From an uncultured bacterium (GTDB taxonomy: Bacteria; Acidobacteriota; HRBIN11; JAKEFK01), in NCBI GenBank assembly GCA_963777505.1, contig CAVZQN010000004.1, forward strand, positions 1,120,001 through 1,184,000: a DNA stretch of 64,000 nucleotides, read 5' to 3'. The stretch's first letter is position 1; the number at the start of each line of letters is the position of its first letter. Below are positions 39,623-49,854 of this stretch, one piece after another. The notes under the pieces were generated by a model, which ran no database searches, was not told the origin of the DNA, and saw only the letters and a program-made list of their open reading frames with translations. Position numbers and translations under genes: made by a program.

Positions 39623-39886
39623 ATGGGCAAAAAGAAGCAGAAATCTGAACTTGTTAATGATCGAACACTAGCTTGTCCGGTATGTCTTTCGGACAATTTG
39701 GATTCAATTTCAGTTCGAATGAAGAAGTGCGAGTCCTGTGGATTTATCTGGAATCATGAAGTATCAGACAGGGACAATCTTCTGTTAATCATGGAGCATC
39801 AGTCAAAGAGGGACAATCCCCCTGATGTGACAACAAATCCTGGGTTGCAAATACCTTTCGTTTCAAAAGTCCGCAAACAAAAGTAA
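39623..39886 (+). CDS. Small zinc-ribbon protein
   Basis: CPVC-x12-CESC; has its own promoter and fills an otherwise empty gap. Confidence 0.7.
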   Translation: MGKKKQKSELVNDRTLACPVCLSDNLDSISVRMKKCESCGFIWNHEVSDRDNLLLIMEHQSKRDNPPDVTTNPGLQIPFVSKVRKQK

Positions 39887-39900
39887 GCCGCCGGGTTCTC

Positions 39901-42765
39901 TCAACCTCGATGTTTCCCCTTTAAGGATTGCGTAAGCTCAAGAGCCTTTTCATGTTCAGGCGAAATGGTGAGCGCCTTTTTTATGTGATTGGAAGCTCGA
40001 AGCCACAGGCCTTGCTGCATGTAAAACTCCGCTAACTGTACATGATAATCGGGGTTCCATGGATCTAATTCGATTGCCTTTTCAAACTGGCTTTGCGCGT
40101 CTTTGAGGAATCGGGGATGTTTTGAATAAGCTAGAGCCATGAGCTGATAGTATTTGGCTTCAGTTGGATGGTTCTGTACAGCTTGTTTACAGAGATTTGT
40201 AACGTTGTAGTAATCCTGGTCTTCGTATTTCTTTTCTGCTAAACGATAAAATTGTTCTGCAACCTTGATATGTTGTTCAGCTTCAATCTTCTTTTCTGAT
40301 TTTTGGACTTCCATTCGAACTTGAGCTTCCGCAGGTATCGGTGTTGGTGTAGGTGTGTGTGGTTCCGATGAGTCACTTGTGAAGCGTCTGCGCTGAAGTT
40401 CGAGCAAGTAACCTTCACGCAATCCTGCCTCTGTCTTATCTGACGGTTTGGCTGGAGGGTGCGACTTTGCTTTTAGATGACTTGCAGCTTGGGCACCCAT
40501 ATGTTCCGGTGCCACCGATTTTGCTTTTGGCTTAGTGGACGCTGCTGGTGTCGAAGCAGCAGAAGGTGCTTGTGGTGGAGGGGATGATGACGTCACATTT
40601 ACGTTTTCAATTCGTAGATTTCTTTGCATAGCCGGTGGAGGGTTATTTAGCAGAGGTTCAAATTTACGATGTGACGTTGTACCTCGCTCGTGTGGCAATT
40701 TGAATTCGATTGCGCCAAATTTGGAAAGTGCAAATACGATTCTAGTAATTTTTTCCTCGGGCATCCCTGTCAAAACATTCAACATATCGATTGTTATGTT
40801 TTCACCTTCAAAACGAGAAGCCACAAAACTCTCTTCCGGATTTAAACTCAAAGTTCGTAACAGAAAATCAAAGTCTTGTGTTCTTTTGATTGCAGCTCCC
40901 GCTGGGACATGTGCCCGGATAAGAGCGTAATCAATCGTCTCACGAGCTGCTCCCAGCAAATAATCTACAACCGGAATTGAACAAAAGGCTTCATTGTCAA
41001 TTTGAGCCGTCGCGAAATTCCCCTCAAAAACCGGCCAGAACAATACTTGATTCAATGCCGACATCATCAATTCACGATATGTTTTTTTGAAATCTTCCAT
41101 CGTGAAGGCATGATTTAGAAGTAAACGGTTTAAAGGCTGCTCTAAATCATTTTTGTTTGCAGGAACGTCTTCTCTTTTCAAAAAACCTTTTTTGACCATA
41201 TACACCCAGATATTTTCATCGGGCTGAATGGAGTCAAATAAAAGAATTTCACGGTTACGGACTAAAAATCTCTTTTCAAGAGTATTCCACCGGCAAGTTA
41301 CAAGGCCTGATTGCGATCGTGTATGAAGTGATGCTAAAAGTTCGTAAAAATTTAAGCTTGTAAGGACAGCAACCGGAGCAACTCGGCTAGCGGCTGGAAC
41401 TTTTAACTGGCTTCGATGGAGAAATTCATTTCTGACGCTTTCGAGTTCTTGAATCAAAGAGTTATAGTCTTGATAGCGCCCAGCTGCATCTTTCTGTGTC
41501 ATCTTCTCAATGATTCGATAGACAGAAACCGGGACTTTGCCATCAAGGCTATCGTATTCAGGAAAGGGATGCGATGTGTGTTTGATCACCATTTCAATGG
41601 GTGATGTGGCTTGAAAGGGAAGTCGGCCATAGAGCATGTGGTAGAACGTGATCCCGAGTGCATACATATCTGCACGCTGATCTACAGATGGAGATTTGGC
41701 CTGCTCTGGTGCCATATAGCTTGGTGTTCCCAGAAATTCTCCCCCCTGCGTCAGGTTTGAACTGATCTGTTCTGCATATGCAAGACCAAAGTCGACGATC
41801 TTTATCAGCTGATTTTCATCAAACATCAAGTTACTTGGTTTAATATCCCGATGGACGATGCCTTTTTTCGATGCCAGGTTTAAGGCTTGTGCGCACTGAA
41901 AAATGATATCAACGCCCGACATCGGTTCGATCCGTCCTTTTTTGCGGATCATATCCCCGAGCGAGCCGCCGGAACACCATTGCATAGCAAAATAATGCTC
42001 GCCCTTTTGTTCACTAAAACTATAAATAGATGCGATTCCAGGATGATTGATGGACGCTAATACTTTCGCTTCTCTTCTAAATCTTTCAACAAATTCGGGA
42101 GAACCTGAAAGCTTAGATGCCAGCACTTTAATTGCCACATACCGTTCAAGTTGTTCGTCTTTGGCTTTGAAAACCTGGCCCATTCCACCTTTTCCAACCA
42201 GCGATTCCACACGATAAATACCGTAAGAAGATTGGAAATTGAGAAATGAATAATCGGATAGAGCCAGCGAAGGAACATCTAAATCTCTTTTCGTTGCACT
42301 TGTATGGCCATCCATATTCGGTTGTTCTTCTGCCTTGGATGAAGTGACATCATGATTTGAAGTCGCGAGTGCCGTCGGCATTTTTAGTTCATCAATCAAA
42401 CGGATGAACCGTCCGACACGTGCCGTCAATTCGCGAGCATCAATCGGTTTGACAAGATATTCTTCGGCGCCGCTTGAAAAGCATGCGAGTTTCGTCTCGA
42501 GATCCCCTTTCGAAGTGAGAATAAAAACGACAATATCTTTTAAGGCCGGATCGCTTTTTATAATCTTGCACAGTTCGTCTCCCGGCATCTCGGGCATCAT
42601 GAGGTCGAGTACGATCAGTTGAGGCTTGTCTTGTTGAATTACGCTTAAAGCTTCAGTGGCATTGGGGACACATCGGACTGTCAGGCCTTCCTCCTGAAGG
42701 ATGGTCTGAAGATAACTTCGAATATCTTGCTCGTCATCAACGACGAGGACATCAAAAGACGACAA
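39901..42765 (-). CDS. Hybrid response-regulator receiver / Hanks Ser/Thr kinase / DUF4388-like / TPR protein
   Basis: REC (VVDDE, LDLMMP, T, KP); kinase GKGGMG, VAIK, HRDIKPSN, DFG, GTPSYMAPE; Pro-rich linker; C-terminal TPRs; no TM. Confidence 0.9.
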   Translation of the reverse strand: MSSFDVLVVDDEQDIRSYLQTILQEEGLTVRCVPNATEALSVIQQDKPQLIVLDLMMPEMPGDELCKIIKSDPALKDIVVFILTSKGDLETKLACFSSGAEEYLVKPIDARELTARVGRFIRLIDELKMPTALATSNHDVTSSKAEEQPNMDGHTSATKRDLDVPSLALSDYSFLNFQSSYGIYRVESLVGKGGMGQVFKAKDEQLERYVAIKVLASKLSGSPEFVERFRREAKVLASINHPGIASIYSFSEQKGEHYFAMQWCSGGSLGDMIRKKGRIEPMSGVDIIFQCAQALNLASKKGIVHRDIKPSNLMFDENQLIKIVDFGLAYAEQISSNLTQGGEFLGTPSYMAPEQAKSPSVDQRADMYALGITFYHMLYGRLPFQATSPIEMVIKHTSHPFPEYDSLDGKVPVSVYRIIEKMTQKDAAGRYQDYNSLIQELESVRNEFLHRSQLKVPAASRVAPVAVLTSLNFYELLASLHTRSQSGLVTCRWNTLEKRFLVRNREILLFDSIQPDENIWVYMVKKGFLKREDVPANKNDLEQPLNRLLLNHAFTMEDFKKTYRELMMSALNQVLFWPVFEGNFATAQIDNEAFCSIPVVDYLLGAARETIDYALIRAHVPAGAAIKRTQDFDFLLRTLSLNPEESFVASRFEGENITIDMLNVLTGMPEEKITRIVFALSKFGAIEFKLPHERGTTSHRKFEPLLNNPPPAMQRNLRIENVNVTSSSPPPQAPSAASTPAASTKPKAKSVAPEHMGAQAASHLKAKSHPPAKPSDKTEAGLREGYLLELQRRRFTSDSSEPHTPTPTPIPAEAQVRMEVQKSEKKIEAEQHIKVAEQFYRLAEKKYEDQDYYNVTNLCKQAVQNHPTEAKYYQLMALAYSKHPRFLKDAQSQFEKAIELDPWNPDYHVQLAEFYMQQGLWLRASNHIKKALTISPEHEKALELTQSLKGKHRG

Positions 42766-42911
42766 TCAGTGCCCTCCCCGGCAATCCGACCTCATAATTC
42801 ATAGCACTTTTTCCACATTCTGTCTAACTAGAACGACTTACGATAAAAGACGCTCGGCTTAACTGGAGGATTGTTCTGATTGGCTATTTTTTAAACACCA
42901 AGAGTGTTCTT

Positions 42912-43712
42912 TTATTGGACCTGAAAAGTAATATTGGACCAGAAGCTTTCCCAGTCCGCTTGCCGGTCGCCTTTAATAGGCAGGATCCGATTTGTTCGAA
43001 TCATCCACAAACCAGGATGCGTGATTTTGAATCGAACCATGCCATCAGCTCCTGTCTCCTGAGTTTGAGCGTAATCCTCCGGTATAGTACTATATTTGTC
43101 GTACGTAGCCATGACTCTGTTCATGCTCAATGGCTTGCCTTCAAACAAAATTTGAACCTTCAATTCATCGCCCACTTTCAGATTTGTTGGATTGGTTTGA
43201 GGAATAATCTCGATTTTAAATCCCAAAGGCTTCTTATAATCTTCCGTCTTTTTATTGCCAATCTGGACATAAGTTTTTAGAAATCGGCTGTAACGCTCTT
43301 TTCCGTAAGTTTCGCTAGCCCCAGGACTTTTGCGAGCTTCGATTACCTGTTTATATCCTTCGAGTGTGATGTATTTCTCGAAGATTTCGGGTTCAATTGA
43401 AATGTATGACGCGGTCCCTTCCCATCCAATCTGCTGAGTTCCCGGTTTCTCAAAAGTTACAGTTGGGTTCACTCCATCGGAATCCCGGAGGTCCTGTTTT
43501 CCAGATGGGCTCAACATTTTAAATTGCACCGTTTTATCGTCCCGCCATTTGAGTGGACCCCCTGGGAATCTGTCTTCAGTCAAGCGCATTTCAAGATTCA
43601 CTTCACCCGGTTTATCCAGATAAAAAGATCCAGGTTGCAGATAAAGATCGTGTGCAGCAAGTCTTGCTGCAAAAACGAATATCAAAACAGTGAATATGAA
43701 ATGCCGGCGCAT
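42912..43712 (-). CDS. Exported DUF4198 family protein
   Basis: Signal ending AAHDLYL; ERYSRFLKT, EIIPQTNP, DWESFWSNITF. Confidence 0.85.
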   Translation of the reverse strand: MRRHFIFTVLIFVFAARLAAHDLYLQPGSFYLDKPGEVNLEMRLTEDRFPGGPLKWRDDKTVQFKMLSPSGKQDLRDSDGVNPTVTFEKPGTQQIGWEGTASYISIEPEIFEKYITLEGYKQVIEARKSPGASETYGKERYSRFLKTYVQIGNKKTEDYKKPLGFKIEIIPQTNPTNLKVGDELKVQILFEGKPLSMNRVMATYDKYSTIPEDYAQTQETGADGMVRFKITHPGLWMIRTNRILPIKGDRQADWESFWSNITFQVQ

Positions 43713-43722
43713 ATAGCTCCTT

Positions 43723-45225
43723 TTACTCAAACATTTTTTCTACAGGCACGATCTGAATATTTTCTGCACGAAGATCTAAAGGGAAATTCATGATGTGTTT
43801 ATCCTCTTCCATCACAGATTCCGGTTTAGGAGATTCATACGTAATAGGGCTTGGAGTGTTTTCAGCAAGCGCTTTCTTAAAGTTTTCAGCATCTTCTGTA
43901 ACGACAGCGATAATCATGTTCTTAGTGTTCAGATGTTTCTTGATTGCGGCATTAACATCTTCAAGTTTCATGTTCGCAAGTTTAGTTTTTACATGCTCAA
44001 GATATGGTTGTTTCAATCCATAAAAACGATCATCGAGTGCGTATCCGAGTTGTTCGGAATCTGATTGTGCAAGGCTTACACTGTAGTTGATGAGGAAATT
44101 ACGAGAGTGTTCGAAGTCCTCTTTTGTGATCCCATTATCGATAAGCTTTTGCACTTCACGAATTGCTTGTCGCAATGCAAAATGCCGATTTTGATTTTGT
44201 ACGGGACGGATCCATACCTGAAAGATTTGTTGTTGCCGCGCAAAGTTGGGAAGCGGCTGCATCGCACGTCCACCAAATGGAAAGTGTTCAATATAACTGT
44301 AGTCGCCATAGTTTAAGCCCCGTTGTCCCCGCATTACGCTATAAAGATTGCCAAAGGAGTTCCTGTGTTGACCGAGCCAACAATTCATCACCATCATCGG
44401 ATAATAATCTTCATCGGAGCGTGTAATCTGAATTGGAAAGCCGAAACTGATTGCAGTACCTGCAGTTTCTTTTTCTATCAAAAACGCATGCTGGCCGGAA
44501 ATCGGTGATGGCGCCAGAATTGTTTTTGCGGAATTTGATTCGGAACCTTCAGATAGCGCACTAAAATCTTTCTTCATTTGTTGTATGAGCGAATCTGGAT
44601 AGTTGCCTGCAATGCCGATGACAAGATTTTTTTGTGTAAATTGTTGACTGTAGAAAGTCTTGACGTCCTCAATCGTCAGGGATTTTACAGAATGAATCGT
44701 CCCCGCATTTGGATAACCATAGCCGTTGTTTTTGAAGATTGCTGCATTTAACGCTTCCTTGCCTAACTCTTCATCATCGTTATAACGGAGTGAGCTTGCA
44801 ATTTCATTGGCTTGGTCTGTTTTCAGTCGTTCAAAGTCTTCCTGTTTGAACCCGGGTGATAACAACGCATCGCGAAGAAGTTCGTAATAGGGTTGAAGAT
44901 GATCCTGGTGTACGACGCCTGCGATGACTGTCATTTCTTTATCGACCTGGGAACCATAATACGCCGCCATGGGAAACAACAACTCGAGAATTTTTTCATA
45001 ATCATTCTTCTGAGTTCCAGCTTCTGCCAGCATACTTGCTGTTAAGGTGGCAATGCCTTCTTTTCCTTTTGGATCAAAAGCAGAACCGGTTCGAAACATA
45101 ATACGGAATGCGATAAGTGGGGATTCATTTTTAATTAAGAGCATATTTGTATCCGAAATTTGTTTTTCCGTGCTAAATGCAAATGCGGGAATGATCAACA
45201 TGAGCGCCATGAGCGGTTTAATCAT
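43723..45225 (-). CDS. M16B peptidase, non-catalytic subunit
   Basis: Pitrilysin-like fold motifs (GSAFDPKGKEG) but no HxxEH; RGQRGLNYG substrate-binding motif. Confidence 0.88.
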   Translation of the reverse strand: MIKPLMALMLIIPAFAFSTEKQISDTNMLLIKNESPLIAFRIMFRTGSAFDPKGKEGIATLTASMLAEAGTQKNDYEKILELLFPMAAYYGSQVDKEMTVIAGVVHQDHLQPYYELLRDALLSPGFKQEDFERLKTDQANEIASSLRYNDDEELGKEALNAAIFKNNGYGYPNAGTIHSVKSLTIEDVKTFYSQQFTQKNLVIGIAGNYPDSLIQQMKKDFSALSEGSESNSAKTILAPSPISGQHAFLIEKETAGTAISFGFPIQITRSDEDYYPMMVMNCWLGQHRNSFGNLYSVMRGQRGLNYGDYSYIEHFPFGGRAMQPLPNFARQQQIFQVWIRPVQNQNRHFALRQAIREVQKLIDNGITKEDFEHSRNFLINYSVSLAQSDSEQLGYALDDRFYGLKQPYLEHVKTKLANMKLEDVNAAIKKHLNTKNMIIAVVTEDAENFKKALAENTPSPITYESPKPESVMEEDKHIMNFPLDLRAENIQIVPVEKMFE

Positions 45226-46550
45226 TACTTCGCTCCTGTCAAAGTAACAACTGTTCTTTTTTCGATCAACATGTACTTTTGTGCAACTTTCTGGATTTCT
45301 TCGGGTGTAATCGAATCAACCGTTTGAATCGTTTTTTCCACACCATTGATATCATTGACCAGCGAAAAATACCTTGAAAGACCCGCTGCTGTTTTTTTGC
45401 TTGTATCAAGTCCCATCAAAAATGAGTATTTCAGATTGGATTTCAATTCAGCAAGACGTTTTGGTTCTGGCGGTGCAGTCTTCAACTTTTCAACCGCATC
45501 TGTAATTGCTTTCTCAACATTTTGTAAATCTTCAGCTTTTTTCAAACGTGCTAATACCATAAATAGAAATGGATCCCGATGTCGCTCAAAACCTGTAGCC
45601 AACAAATCGGCTCTCTGATCTTTTAATACGAGTTGGCGATACAATTCGGATGTTTCACCGAATGCAAGTTCTCCCAGCAAAGATAAAGCTGCAAAGTCTC
45701 GATTTTCCGGAGCAAATGGAGGCGCTTTGTAAGCGAGTGCTAAAAGAGGAAGGGTATTGCCGGGAAAGTCCACTTTTCCGCGTTTTTCCGATTTTTGTTC
45801 AGCTTCTTCAAAGTTGACCGTTTTATGCGAACCTGGTTTCCAGCTTGAATAATATTGTTTTATCGATGCAAGCGTTTGTGTTGGATCAAAATTTCCTGTT
45901 ACCAGAACGACACAATTGTCAGGCCTATAGAATCTTTTGAAAAATTGCAAACTATATTCGTATTGATTCGGCATATCTTCTATATCTTTTAGAAATCCCA
46001 TCGCTGTATGCTTGTAAGTCGATTTTTCAAAAGCGATATCACGTAAACGTTCTTCAATTTGAAATAACGGATTCGCAAAATTTTTGTTGTATTCACCGAG
46101 GATTGCCTTCGCTTCAGTCTGAAAGGCTTCAAGTGAATATTTTGTATTCATAAATTTATCTGCTTGAAGTTCAATGATCTTGTCAAGATAGCGAGTGGGG
46201 AAGTGTAAATAATAAATAGTCCAATCATCGCTGGTTGATGCATTTGTGTCGGCCCCCATTTCCATAACAATTTCGTTGTATTTTTCAGCAGGATACTTTT
46301 CCGTTCCGCGAAACATCATATGCTCAAAAAAATGAGCAAAACCGCTTTTCCCAGGTTCTACTTCATCGCGAGCTCCTGCGCGAACGACAGTAAAATAAGA
46401 AACGAGTCCTGCGTTTTTCATTGGAATCAGGACTACTCTCAATCCATTATCCAGTTTCGTTTCCTGATATTTATATGGGAAAAGTGATTGTGCAGATAAA
46501 GCTCCTGCAAAAAATGTTAGCAAAAAAAAGAGTAACAACATTCGAAGCAT
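45225..46550 (-). CDS. M16B peptidase, catalytic subunit
   Basis: Signal peptide; LDNGL, AHFFEHMMFRGT (HxxEH), NASTS. Confidence 0.93.
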   Translation of the reverse strand: MLRMLLLFFLLTFFAGALSAQSLFPYKYQETKLDNGLRVVLIPMKNAGLVSYFTVVRAGARDEVEPGKSGFAHFFEHMMFRGTEKYPAEKYNEIVMEMGADTNASTSDDWTIYYLHFPTRYLDKIIELQADKFMNTKYSLEAFQTEAKAILGEYNKNFANPLFQIEERLRDIAFEKSTYKHTAMGFLKDIEDMPNQYEYSLQFFKRFYRPDNCVVLVTGNFDPTQTLASIKQYYSSWKPGSHKTVNFEEAEQKSEKRGKVDFPGNTLPLLALAYKAPPFAPENRDFAALSLLGELAFGETSELYRQLVLKDQRADLLATGFERHRDPFLFMVLARLKKAEDLQNVEKAITDAVEKLKTAPPEPKRLAELKSNLKYSFLMGLDTSKKTAAGLSRYFSLVNDINGVEKTIQTVDSITPEEIQKVAQKYMLIEKRTVVTLTGAK

Positions 46551-46687
46551 CTTTGACAACCTCTCAAATGAATAGCAGTCAATTGCAGATTGCATATTGT
46601 ATAGCCCGGTAGCGTGGTAGGCAATGACAAAGAGGTAGATTTGCGGTTCGTAATAAATTGCTTACAATGTGCATCGAATGAAAAACA

Positions 46688-48301
46688 ATGATAGCGACTG
46701 AAACAGAGAAGTCCTGTCCCATTTGCAGTAGAAAATTCCCCTCGAAGGTGTTAGCAGAAGCCAGATGGATGGAGCCGGCCGTGTTGTCGAAAATGGAAGA
46801 ACGGCATCCGGGGTGGCATCGATTGGATGGAGCTTGTCCGGCGTGTGTTCAGGAAGCTTTATTAACAACGTTATTAAAGGAAGGTGAAGCTGCGCTTCAT
46901 GATGGAATTCAATCCGTGTGGCCGCTGGATGCCGAAGCCGCTTTTGGAGCATTACCGACTCCGCTCAGAATGCACGCAGATCCTAGGTTTACCGGACGCG
47001 GCGTAACGATTGCATTTATCGATAGCGGATTCTATCCACATCCAGATCTCATTCAACCGCGAAACAGAATCAAAGCGTGGGTGGATGTTAGTCTGCCAAG
47101 ATCTCGAAGTTTGCGTTTCAAGTCTGATCAAATTCCAAAATGGCCCGGTTGGGATGATCGAGAGCCCTATCAATGGCATGGGCTGATGACAAGTGCTGTT
47201 GCAGCAGGAAATGGTTGGCTCAGTCATGGACTCTATCGCGGAGTCGCAAGTGATGCAGAACTTGTACTGATTCAAGTCTTGCGAACAGGTGCAGGCAAAA
47301 TAAATAACCAAAGTATCTTGCGGGGACTTCGATGGCTTATTCGAAATGCAAAAAGCCTGGAAGTGCAAATCGTAAATATATCTCTTGGAGGGGATCGTGG
47401 AACTTTAGATCCCACAAATCCTGTAGACAATTCGGTAGAAGAATTAATTCGTCAAGGGATCACAGTTGTTTGTGCCGCTGGAAATGAAGGTCAACGTCAT
47501 CTTGTGCCGCCAGCTACTGCTCCGATGGCGCTCACAGTAGGCGGAATTGATGATAAGAATGTATTTGATCATCGTGAGATGGAATTGTGGCACAGCAATT
47601 ATGGTCAAACGATGGAAGGCGCATCAAAACCAGAATTGGTTGCACCAAGCATTTGGGTTGCTGCCCCGATGTTGCCAGGTACACCAACCGCTGATGAAGC
47701 GATCGAACTTTTTGCAAAACGCGCAACAGGGGATACATCAGTCAATGACAGAATGGCTGCACAAAAACTTGTGACTCCGCATTATCAACATGTAGATGGT
47801 ACGAGTTTCGCTGCTCCACTGACTTCGAGCGTGATTGCTTGCATGTTGGAAGCCAATCCTGAACTGGATCCGAAACAAGTACGCGCGATCCTAAAAGCAT
47901 CGGCTGTTCCGATTGCTGGTGCGCCTTTTGAACGGCAAGGCTCTGGTGTTTTGGAAGCAGGTCAAGCGGTTGCATTTGCGGTTTGGAGGCGTCCTCAAAT
48001 TCTCGATTTAGGTCAAAGACTTCCACCGCTGAAAAGAAATGGAATGATTCAGTTTTATTTATATGATCCCTCCGCAGCAAAGGTCCAACTATTTGGAAGT
48101 TGGGATGATTGGAAGACACCAATTGATGCAATCAGAATTGAAGGCAGTGTTTGGAAGGCAGTCCACCCTGAACTTCCAGCAGGAAGATACTTCTACAAGT
48201 TTTTGCTTGATGGAAGCCGCTGGATGGATGATCCAGGAAACCCACATAAGGCGCCGGATGCGAGTGGGTTCTTTAATAGCATTCTGACGGTGACCGAATA
48301 A
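46688..48301 (+). CDS. Cytoplasmic S8 (AprX-like) serine protease with an N-terminal Cys4 motif and a C-terminal CBM48/AMPK-beta-like glycogen-binding domain
   Basis: Triad IDSG, WHGL, GTSFAAP; oxyanion AAGN; CPIC..CPAC; VQLFGSWDDW..GRYFYKFLLDGSRWMDDP; no signal peptide. Confidence 0.88.
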   Translation: MIATETEKSCPICSRKFPSKVLAEARWMEPAVLSKMEERHPGWHRLDGACPACVQEALLTTLLKEGEAALHDGIQSVWPLDAEAAFGALPTPLRMHADPRFTGRGVTIAFIDSGFYPHPDLIQPRNRIKAWVDVSLPRSRSLRFKSDQIPKWPGWDDREPYQWHGLMTSAVAAGNGWLSHGLYRGVASDAELVLIQVLRTGAGKINNQSILRGLRWLIRNAKSLEVQIVNISLGGDRGTLDPTNPVDNSVEELIRQGITVVCAAGNEGQRHLVPPATAPMALTVGGIDDKNVFDHREMELWHSNYGQTMEGASKPELVAPSIWVAAPMLPGTPTADEAIELFAKRATGDTSVNDRMAAQKLVTPHYQHVDGTSFAAPLTSSVIACMLEANPELDPKQVRAILKASAVPIAGAPFERQGSGVLEAGQAVAFAVWRRPQILDLGQRLPPLKRNGMIQFYLYDPSAAKVQLFGSWDDWKTPIDAIRIEGSVWKAVHPELPAGRYFYKFLLDGSRWMDDPGNPHKAPDASGFFNSILTVTE

Positions 48302-48311
48302 CTTTTAGCGA

Positions 48312-48386
48312 GGCGCAGGGGTGCGGAGGAGCAGGGGAGCTTAAATTCGTAATTCGTAAATCGCTATTCGTTATTCGGACTTCTGA
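48312..48386. repeat. Octamer plus heptamer tandem arrays
   Basis: ggcgcagg ggtgcgga ggagcagg ggagc; aattcgt aattcgt aaatcgc tattcgt tattcgg. Confidence 0.65.
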
Positions 48387-48516
48387 GCTTGAGCTCAAAC
48401 GCGCAACCGGATGAGGTTCATTGTATTTGACACAAATTCCGGATCGTACCTGGCTCCTGTATCTTGAAACTTGCATCCCTTCTATATTTCCCAACAATGT
48501 GTATGATTTAACTCGC

Positions 48517-49851
48517 ATGAGTCGGTTAATACGCGCTCTCAGCTTCAAAGATCTTACGATCCTGATTGTTTGTTCAGTCATCGGATCCGGAATTTTTCTT
48601 GTTCCTGGTGTCGTATTACGCCAGGTTGACGGTTCGTTGATTCTGGCTTTGCTCGTTTGGGTAGTAGCAGGTGTTCTCTCTTTGGTAGGTGGACTTACTT
48701 ACGGCGAACTGAGTGCACAAAACCCGGAGGCTGGTGGCCTTTATGTTTATATCCGTGATTGCTTTGGTCCGTTTGCTGCATTCCTTTTTGGCTGGACCAC
48801 TTTTTTTGTTATTGGAAGCGGATCAGCCGCCACATTAGCTGTTGCATTTCCTGCATATCTGAGTCAGATCATTCCGGTGAGCAGCGGGATGTCAAAAATT
48901 ATTGCGGTTGCAATGATCTTAATCATCATGATCGTAAATATCCGCGGCGTACGCCAGAGTGCAACTCTTCAGAATTACGCAACCATTGTGAAAGTTGGTG
49001 CAATCATTTTGATCAGCGCTATTTTTCTATGGTTTGGAACAGGATTCCAGAACCTTAGTGGAACGGATCTCTGGCCTGCCAAAGTTGGCGGATCTCTTCT
49101 TACAGCATTTGGTATTGCAATGATCAGCGTACTTTGGGCTTATGAAGGTTGGCAGTATGCGACCTACACTGCGGGAGAAGTTGTGGATCCTCAGCGAAAT
49201 TTTCCGCGTGCATTCTTTGTCGGATTAATGATTTTGATGAGTCTTTACATCCTTGCTGTGCTGGGTTACGTTGCGGCTCTTGGTGTTAAAGGCGCTGCCG
49301 CTACTGATGCGATTGCTGCAGTTTCAATCAGCAAGATCGTTGGCCCCAATGCATCAAAATTACTTTCCGCAGCGATTCTGGTTTCAATTTTTAGTGCCAC
49401 CAACACAATATTACTGACAACTCCCAGAGTGTTTTATGCAATGGCATCAGATGGGCTTTTCTTCAGGAAACTTGCTGAAGTCAGCCCGCGTTTTCATACA
49501 CCTGTTTTTGCAATTGTTTCACTGGCGGTGTGGTCAATGGTTCTTGCCATTACAGGAACTTTCCAGCAGCTTCTTACTTATGTTGTTTTTGTAGGCTGGA
49601 TTTTTTATGGCCTTGGTGGCGCGTGTGTGTTTTTCTACAGACGAAGAATTCCAGCGTCACAGCGGCCATACAGTACACCCGGATATCCAATTACACCTAT
49701 TCTGTTTGTACTTTCGGCAGCCGCATTGGTTGTCAATACAATCGCCGCTGATACCCGTAGCGCACTCATTGGAATCGGTATCGTCCTCACCGGCTTCCCC
49801 GCATATTTGATCTGGAAAAACAAAACTCCCCTTAAGAATACAGGTGATTAG
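48517..49851 (+). CDS. APC family amino acid permease
   Basis: IGSGIF, YGEL..GGLY, WAYEGW, PRVFYAMA, RFHTP; about 12 TM helices. Confidence 0.93.
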   Translation: MSRLIRALSFKDLTILIVCSVIGSGIFLVPGVVLRQVDGSLILALLVWVVAGVLSLVGGLTYGELSAQNPEAGGLYVYIRDCFGPFAAFLFGWTTFFVIGSGSAATLAVAFPAYLSQIIPVSSGMSKIIAVAMILIIMIVNIRGVRQSATLQNYATIVKVGAIILISAIFLWFGTGFQNLSGTDLWPAKVGGSLLTAFGIAMISVLWAYEGWQYATYTAGEVVDPQRNFPRAFFVGLMILMSLYILAVLGYVAALGVKGAAATDAIAAVSISKIVGPNASKLLSAAILVSIFSATNTILLTTPRVFYAMASDGLFFRKLAEVSPRFHTPVFAIVSLAVWSMVLAITGTFQQLLTYVVFVGWIFYGLGGACVFFYRRRIPASQRPYSTPGYPITPILFVLSAAALVVNTIAADTRSALIGIGIVLTGFPAYLIWKNKTPLKNTGD

Positions 49852-49854
49852 CGA

